In this document: positions 55,492 through 64,000 of the stretch, one piece after another | Layout of the letters: each line of letters begins with the position of its first letter | Position numbering within the stretch: position 1 is the first letter of the stretch | Origin: Eledone cirrhosa | Lineage: Eukaryota | Assembly (NCBI GenBank): GCA_964016885.1 | Contig: OZ024743.1 | Coordinates: 108,872,001-108,936,000 of the forward strand | Length of the DNA: 64,000 bases | Direction: 5' to 3' | Notes under the pieces: model-generated | Seen by the model: only the letters and a program-made list of their open reading frames with translations | Database searches by the model: none | Told to the model about the DNA's origin: nothing | Position numbers and translations under genes: made by a program

Positions 55492-58400
55492 ACATAATGT
55501 AAACACATTAGGGTTATTCAGTTTACATTTGACTATGGTCGAACCCTGTTTAATATTTAATTATCTGTTGAACCCACAACCTGACTAATACTTCGATTAG
55601 ACGAGTAACATTTTGATTTATGTATACTATATGTGACTGGTTGACTATATATACATATATAGTCCACTATTATTTATCTATTTCTCAAGAATATGTAATG
55701 GATAAGCTTAGAATGTTTCATGAGATAGAATGGTGTCCTAATTTGAGGGAAATTTGTCTTGCTTCCACTTTACGCCATTAAGCTAGAATTAATCACTCTT
55801 TCTAAAAGAAAACACCTTAAAGCTTAGGTGATATTGATATGTGTCCAGATATGTTACACATTTAGATATGATATTGTGAAATAAACAAGTGCGATATCTT
55901 AATGTAAATAATTTCTCATTCTATTGTCTGCTTGAGAGCAGCGGCAGATAGTTAAAAGAAAAAAAAACAAAGAAAAAGAACAAAACGACTTAATAATGTA
56001 AATACAAAACAGTAGACAAAGGAAATAATAATTACTTTTGGAAATATTCCATTTCTCTTTTCATATTGTTTGCAGTAAAACGAATAAACTTTTTTTCTTC
56101 CCTGCCTACAGATTATAACTTTGACAATAGACATTGTTTACTTTCAGTAAGGAGCGTGAAGTATAATGCATTGAAGTAATACATCTGTATGTCGTGTCAC
56201 AAAGCCAAATGAAATATATTAGTAGTCAGATTACAAACAGTAATGCTGGTGAAGCTGAAGAAAATATAACGAACAAAAAGACATTTTGGAGGAGTATTTC
56301 AGTGACTCTTGACTGTGCATTCAATAAGATTCATAGGGTGTATAATAATATAGAGAATGTTTATGTGAAAAACAAAACGCAAAGTTAAATGCATCACAAT
56401 TACGAATTACGTACAACTTCAACATTCTAATTTTTCTTTTTTTGATTCTCATTTTATTGTTCAGCTATGAAAAACTAGTTTTGCAAAATCTATAAAAATG
56501 AAGAAATATAAACTAGGTGTGGGTATATCCATGACAAAGATGCTCAATGAAAAGTTTATTTAGATATAAATAGGTTTCACATGATCTAAATACTTTATTA
56601 ACAACTCCTTGGTAGATTATTTTCAGTGCTAAGGGTGGGCCATACTAGTTGGTGTGATGGGAAAATGATTTAGGTATATGAGTCAACCTCGATTATCCAT
56701 TAATAAATCTATCCATTCATTAAAAGTTAACTAATTTCAATGCTTGGCAAGTTCTGTAGTTGAAGAGAAACTGTCTATATTTGTGGCGTCGGCGTATATT
56801 TCTGTCACATTTGAAAGTACGTATGTGATCACAACATCCAACTAGGCTGGAGCCAATAGTACAATGAAAATACCTGAAATTAATGCATTTATTCATCAAC
56901 ATCCCCAAAATAGTCTTCGAGAAATAGAAACTTGCTTTATAAAAGTAGCTATGGGGAAACGGATGACTTATTTATAATAATGAAACCTCTCAGACCTGGG
57001 TCCCTGTGTCTAGCATTACCCTCCATCTGAGCTCTTCTTCAAAAATACAAATTGTTGCATACACAACTTAAGAGTAATGATTGCAGGCAAAACAATGGAC
57101 CTAATTCAACATACCCTAAATGTGTCTAGCTACCCTTTATCCAGATTTACAAAATCTCCACCAGTCAGTATGAGCTATGCTTATCCAAGTGACTCACGCT
57201 GTCTGCGTAAGGGTAAAGTTGTAGAACGTCTTGCTCACTGTCGACTGTTGACAAAATAATCAGTAAATTCCTGAATTATGAAATATTATACTTGTCCAAA
57301 AAGTATATTTTTGGAAATCCCATACGTTATAAAATAATAGGAATGAGTTTGGATCTCAATATATAAACTAAACGACTGATTCTGGTTTAAAAAAAACTGA
57401 ACTAAGAAAATGTAGGAAAATGATTGCTCCTGCTTATTCCAAATCACACGATTATATGGGGCTCGAGAGAGCCAGTTTATAGAAAAAATAAAGACGGTAT
57501 CACCTCTACTTCTTCAGTTTATTTCAACATCCTTTTCTGCACATTTCAAGGACATGAAAGATGTTATATAAAAAATTATTTGGTGTTATCATCAGACAGG
57601 TATTTAGGTGTAATGTTATACTTTTCCTTGATATGCTCGTTATAATATGGAATACGGTGTTGGTATTCCGGCTATAAATGAACATGCTAACATATAGCTG
57701 GACTATAACGCTATTTTCATCCTACTATGTCCTAATTCTATATATTAAGCGCCAATTATTTTCTCTTTACACCCGACATGGTAAGACGATTAGCTTTCCA
57801 CTAGCTATTATACACATTTATGATGGCGTTCTCATATAATAAATAATAATAAATATGTCATGAAGTGTTTGTCATTATGTAGTGAATCATACTGGATTCT
57901 TGTCTGAAAATCGTTTACACATTCTTGATAATTTCTTCAGTATAATCTGTACTACAAATGTACATATGTATTGTCATATCCTGTACCCTGATCTTTCAAG
58001 CGTTTATAGCGCGGAAAACGTAACATATCTATAGCTTTGGGAATTCTATGTGAAATCAGCACGAACAGGCAATTGTAAGCAAGTAGAATTAAAAAATTCT
58101 TAATCCAAGTCACGGTTTTGATTCTCAGAGGGTTGTTTTGACTTTTCCAACAGTGTTTACGCAGTTCTAGGGAATTAAGTATCCATTCAGTGACGCATAC
58201 ACCTAATTAAGCCGACTAATTAAAGAGAGCTTTGTTTCATATATCACGTATTTGGAGATCGTTTCCTTTCTAAAATATGAATCTATAAATTATTGTTGTT
58301 GTTACTGTTTTTATATTTATGTATCTGCCTTAAGTGTCGAAATGGCTAGCTAAGGTGCGTATATATAACAGGTGCTCCAGGCTTGGCCTTCCCGTCTAAC

Positions 58401-58588
58401 TTTGTCAAGTTTTGCGAGTGATAGATGTTATCAGAAATGCCAAGAACAATTGAAACATCGTCGCCGCTGTCGGATCTGACAACAGTTACATGTTCATTCC
58501 TTTGTTTTGCTATATATATATGTATACACACAAACACACACACACACACACACTAACTCACACACATATATATGTGTGTGTGTGTTTA

Positions 58589-58628
<40 letters not shown>

Positions 58629-58656
58629 GTGTGTATGTGAGAGAGAGAGAGAGAGC

Positions 58657-58750
<94 letters not shown>

Positions 58751-58779
58751 TATAGATAGAGATATATATAGAGAGAGAG

Positions 58780-58847
<68 letters not shown>

Positions 58848-58967
58848 GAATTAGACTTTAGCTTCGAACATATTATATACAGATATGTATTGGAATTTCT
58901 TATTTCTAAAGAAATACGGTATGTTTATGAATAAACGTTTAGAAAGCCGTAGCTATGCACAAATAAC

Positions 58968-59154
58968 TGTTTCTACTTTAGGTACAAGGCCAGCAATTAC
59001 CCAGTGCATTACTGGTACTTTATTTTATCGACCCCGTAAGGATGAAAGGCAAAGTCAACCTCGGCGGGATTTGAACTCAGATCGTAAAGGGACGTAACTA
59101 TGCTGGAAAGCATGGCGTCCGACCCTCTACCTATACTGCCAATCCACCACCCTT
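58968..59154 (-). mobile_element. Full-length tRNA-derived SINE with 19-bp TSD
   Basis: TSD gtagctatgcacaaataac at 58949-58967 and 59155-59173; A and B boxes and core present. Confidence 0.92.
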
Positions 59155-59559
59155 GTAGCTATGCACAAATAACGGCAACTATCACCATCTGGCGGTGTGC
59201 AGCAGAAGCAAGTGGTACAATCGTCGATGCATTTCGGACTTAACTGGTCCTCATAGGGACGACCCCCGACCCCCCCCCCCCCGCTCTTGCAACAGCTGAA
59301 CTTGAAAACAAGCAAGAATATATAGTATTTTCGTCTGTGTAAATGAGGTGATTAATCTCATTTGCATATGAAGCTGTATAAGTTGACTCAACTTAGAATA
59401 GAATTAGAATTTAGCTTCGAGCCTAGCTGTATACATATATGTATAGGAATTTCGTATTGGTAAAGAAATATGGTATGTTCATAAATAAAAATGTTGAAAG
59501 CTGTAGCTATGCATAAACACCGGCAGCTAATCACCTCAATTACACACACACACACAGTC

Positions 59560-59769
59560 GATCGACTTTCGTCAAATCGGATCGAGGAAACAATTTTCCG
59601 ATGGTCTTTCCAATTGCCAATACTATCTATCGGTCGGAACTCCAGGTAAAAAGAACAACGTGAAATAAAGTGTCTTGCTCAAGGACATAACGCATCGCGC
59701 GGTCCAGGAATCGAACTCACAGCATCACGATTGCAAATCCAATTCTCTAACCACTGGGCCCCGCGCCTT
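59560..59769 (-). mobile_element. Second tRNA-derived SINE family
   Basis: Head ggcgcggggcccagtggttagag...gagttcgattcctgg followed by tgtccttgagcaagacacttta; left boundary uncertain. Confidence 0.75.
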
Positions 59770-60699
59770 CAGAAAGTATCGATATCTGTATATACAGAGG
59801 CAGTGTTTGAGTTCAATAAAATCCTTTCATAATTCTACTAGATTTATTGAAACTTTAGGACAGGTGGGTAGAAGCGCAGGTACATTCGTATTTTTCCCAT
59901 AAAGTATATAATAGGCGATAGAACAATGTTATACTGTCTCATTATAGGACAGAAATATTATTGCCTGTTCAGCCTACTGGTATAGGTGTACTTTTTGCTA
60001 TGTATATTCTTCAGTGCTAGGCATCTGATTCAAACTGAAAGCGAAAGTAAAATCGAAATTATTTATCACTGATTTATTCACTTAAACGAAGGAATTACTC
60101 TGAAAATGTGTATAGAAATATCACTTCATTCACTCAAGCAACAGCTGATTAAACGCGATAATCCGAAATTTATCTGATGATTGATAATTTGACCGGACAG
60201 AGCCTGTGGTCATATAGTAATAACTGACCTGGTCAAGAATTTTACAGTAGACAGCGATTGAAACGCTAATGATAAAGCAGACTTAAGCAAGAGCGAGAGA
60301 GCATATAGTTAGTTTGTCCGAAAATTAGCTTGTCCAACGAAAGAGCAATGGTTGAATTATATGAAGATATATAATCGAAATGTCAGGAATTTGACAGAGC
60401 ACTGTTCGATTTAATAAAGTGATTGATCGGGAAATTGTAACCTTCGACTGTTTTAGCACTTTCGGTATTTATTGATTGATTGATATATTTATTTGTTTAA
60501 TTTTCACATAATTCAAATATATTCAACATATAACGAACAGCGTATAGTTTAAAAATTAGAATAACAAACCACTTCTTCAGTCGATAAGGAAAGGCCATTC
60601 ATATAAATTATTTAAGAAGTAAATATCAGAAACATATTTATGGAAATATATCTACTGCTGTTGCTAAACATATTACAACTACACCTGATATTTCTCCTT

Positions 60700-61095
60700 G
60701 TGATGATGGTGATAATAATGATGTTGATGGTAATAATGAGGATGATGAGGCAGATGAAGATGATGAGAATGATGAAGATGATGTGATGTTGATAATGTTG
60801 ATGGTGATGATGAAGGTGATATTGATGTCAGTGAGAATACTAATGAGGATAATGAAGGCAAGTTATGATGAATATTATGATGGGGACATTAGTAAATATC
60901 ATGATAATTATGTGTGATAATGATGATTATGATGCTGAGGATTATGAGAGCGATAATGACGATGAGGGTGATGTTGATGACGACGACGACGGTGATGATT
61001 AAGACGATGATAATGATGACGATGATGGTGATGTTGATAAAGATGTTGGATGATAATGACGTTGATGTTAATTGTGGATGTGAGGATGATAATGG
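60700..61095. repeat. Degenerate (GAT)n-rich tract (similar tract at ~40660-40820)
   Basis: Directly visible. Confidence 0.85.
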
Positions 61096-62879
61096 GGTTT
61101 GTAGAACTTGCTAGAAATAACAGCAATTATAGAAAGAAAATTGAGAGGAGAAAACGCGAAGGTTGTACGTCCTAGTCTACTCGCACACCACGAAGAAAAT
61201 GGTGGATGCTTTGCCGCGGAGAACAGCCAGTGACACACAGTGCATCACCCAGTCCAACTCACGGGCCTCCTGCATTAAGTGTGAGCTGCTCTAGGTCCCG
61301 AACGTGAGCGACACGGAAAGGAGACAGTCGGCTAGAATCATATTCTACTGTCATATAGAAAGGAGAAAAACGACCGATATAGTCCTCTATGTGCAGTTTA
61401 CATGTTTGGTTCGAAATGATGTAATTCTGAGGTTTGATGACACTGAACTGCTCTGTTGCAATTATTTAATCATACATTTATTTAATTATACAATTAATTT
61501 AATCATATATTTTTGTAGTCAAAAGTCTAGTGATTTAAGACTTGTAGACAGAAATTTTAGAAATTCGTCAGTTATGCATACACATATACGAGGGAAAGTC
61601 AAAGATAATCCGAAACATTCGTCATAAAGTATGTTTAGGTTTGTCACACTGCTACTGCTACTTGGTACTGTTGTAGTTTGAGCTTGATTGCGCCAGTTTT
61701 CTTGCTGTTGTTAGTGTAAACATTTATATACGGATAAAAAGACTCACACACGTACACGCACACGTACACATATACCCACACACGCGCGCACACACGCACA
61801 CACACACACTCACGCACACACACGCACACGAACACGCACACGAACACGCACACACACACACACACGTACACCCACACGCACACACACGCACACAAATACA
61901 TACACACACACATACACGCATACACGTACACACACACACTCAGAGATACAGGTACACAGACACACATATTATAAATACAGATTAAGAGTGTATGCAATGA
62001 ATTTCTGCTCTGAACCCAATGAACCCATTTAGGATGAAAGCAGCAATTCTTTGCTGAAACTTTTAATATTTGCTAATTATAAACTTTTACAAACTTGTAC
62101 ACTCACGCACACACACGCCCATATATCTACTATATAAATTGGAAGTGGTCGGACGTTGTATACGTAGGTGTAGTCGGATAAACGTGAAAACAGCTCGGTG
62201 GAATGCAGCGAAAATTTACAAAGTTATGCAGAATGACCCGAGGAGGCGTTGGGTCGAGTCTCAAGCTACAAGCTTCCATGGTTACAGAGAAAATCGATGA
62301 AACAGGAATTTCCCATTCACATTGAACTGAGTGTAATCTGTAAACGCAGAGGTAAATATTTCGAGAAACGTTGCAACCGAAGGAAAACAGGAAGACGATA
62401 TTTTGGTTCGTGAAGACGTTCCCTGACAATGAACGGAAAAAAAAGCGGGGATAATACGTCGTTATGTGGATCGAGAAGAACAATTTCATGCAAAGACAAG
62501 ACCAAGTTTGTGGTATAAATGGAGTCGTTAGACTAATATTTTATTTAAAATTACAGAACGATTTCCAGCCCCGGAGTTTAAGAATGATGTAAATAAATTT
62601 GAAAACGAAAACGACAGAGGTTATTAAAATAATAAAAGTAAATAGTGAAGATTTAGGCCATTACATACGTATGCCCCGGACGGACATAGACATACATAGG
62701 CACACACAAATACATACCCCCTTACACACACAGACAGACATACACAGACACACGCACGCGCGCTCGCGTGTGTATAAACCTTATGCATTTCTACAGTATT
62801 TTCACCAAACTTAAGACATAGGTTACTTATGTACTCCGGATGGTCATGGACAATTTCATTTTTACAGATATTGATTATA

Positions 62880-63205
62880 GGGCCTCCCGGCAGATAACCC
62901 CCTTTACCTACTTCCTTGGAGTCGATTGAAGCACTGCAGTGCAATGCAACACAACGTCATAACTTCTGGAGTTAGCAACCGATTTTCACAAAACTTGACA
63001 CATGTGCTACATTTGTCCTACAGATGAATGGGAACTCTCAAAATTGGAAGATATTGAGTAGGGGACCCCTGGGAGCAGGAACCCCGTTTTGGAAAAAGCC
63101 TATGATTTTGAAAAGTATAGTTTTCGAAGTAGCACTGAAGTATTGACATAAATGGTATACACATCTGCTATTTAATACCTGAGCAACGCCGGGTACCTCT
63201 GCTAT
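62880..63205 (-). mobile_element. Helitron/HINE-like non-autonomous element fragment
   Basis: Terminus (reverse complement) tagcagaggtacccggcgttgctc abutting a TA tract; gattttcacaaaacttg internal motif. Confidence 0.5.
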
Positions 63206-63365
63206 ATATATTATATATATATGGTGGCTGCCAACTCATTTTCGAGTACGGCCACTACTTTATATCCGTGTAGGAGAACCCCTACGATGCGCTGAATGAG
63301 TGTGAATTTTTAGTCCATCCAGCGACTTGAAAACTCTGGTACAAACACTTTATAGTGAGTCAATG

Positions 63366-63405
<40 letters not shown>

Positions 63406-63406
<1 letters not shown>

Positions 63407-64000
63407 TGATTAATGTTCAGAGTCATCTTCAGCATTCTCGTGTAGCACCCATCCACCATCTTAGTGAGTTTCTAGGTTAATGTCCACATCTCAGACCGGT
63501 ACAGCAGCAAAAGAGGCGGATTTTCAGTTCTTTACAAAGGTCCGACGTCCACACCGATCTCATGATGTGGCACGCCGCCCAGGCTTTGCTCTTCCTCTCA
63601 ACCACATCATCTTTCGTATTCCCAATTTTGCTCTCAAATGCATGAAGTCCTCAACTAATTCTAGCGGCTTCCCTGTCTACATTAGTGATCTCCTCTGGAT
63701 GGTCAACATTCTCTACCAGATATTTTGTTTTAGTCTCGTTCATTCTTAGCCCCACATTCATCGACACATTCTCAACCGCCTGCATCAAATCCTCTGCCTC
63801 CTTCACTGTATGTGTCACCAAAACTGTGACGTCGGCAAATTCAGCATCTGATATCTTTTTCGCCTTAACTCACCTGCTCTGAGCCGGTGCTACAGTAAAG
63901 CCAGAGTCCTGGTGTTACTCCAGTGCAAGGCGCATACAATAGTCCACTATGATGATAAAAATATAGGGAGCCAATGTATCACCATGGAGCACTCTTGCCA
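63406..64000 (-). mobile_element. RTE-clade LINE RT fragment, runs off the window end
   Basis: VLHGDTLAPYIFIIIVDY...DAEFADV...VGLRMNETKTKY...MVDGCYTRMLK with stops. Confidence 0.85.

Noticed and set aside
59697-59769. Apparent tRNA gene on the minus strand
   Set aside because: The cloverleaf is poor and it runs straight into a SINE core; it is a SINE head.
61587-62500. Mariner-like TIR (TACGAGGG) and possible transposase remnant
   Set aside because: No matching opposite TIR or recognisable DD34D/WVPHEL motif found.

Overview
AT-rich, repeat-dominated eukaryotic DNA; the SINE families and dense (TA)n/(CA)n/(GA)n tracts suggest an Octopus-like cephalopod (inference). I recognise no host protein-coding gene, rRNA or functional tRNA, and most ORFs in the track are microsatellite translations. 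The window holds decayed transposons: Penelope-like elements (one RT+GIY-YIG copy, two GIY-YIG fragments), L1/Tx1, RTE, CRE and R4/Dong LINE fragments, tRNA-derived SINEs (two with clear TSDs), pogo/Tigger MITEs, Helitron-like elements and a ~3.7 kb foldback. The most notable signal, found by manual folding, is about ten type I hammerhead ribozyme motifs, three with the compensatory U3-A8 core (UUGANAA). Two sit in unrelated non-coding cassettes (688-bp and 318-bp units) with the same layout: short inverted segment, repeat, ribozyme plus GTAAGT, repeat, (TA)n. These look like non-autonomous, Penelope-mobilised retrozyme-like elements. All calls are by eye; no database search or folding software was run.
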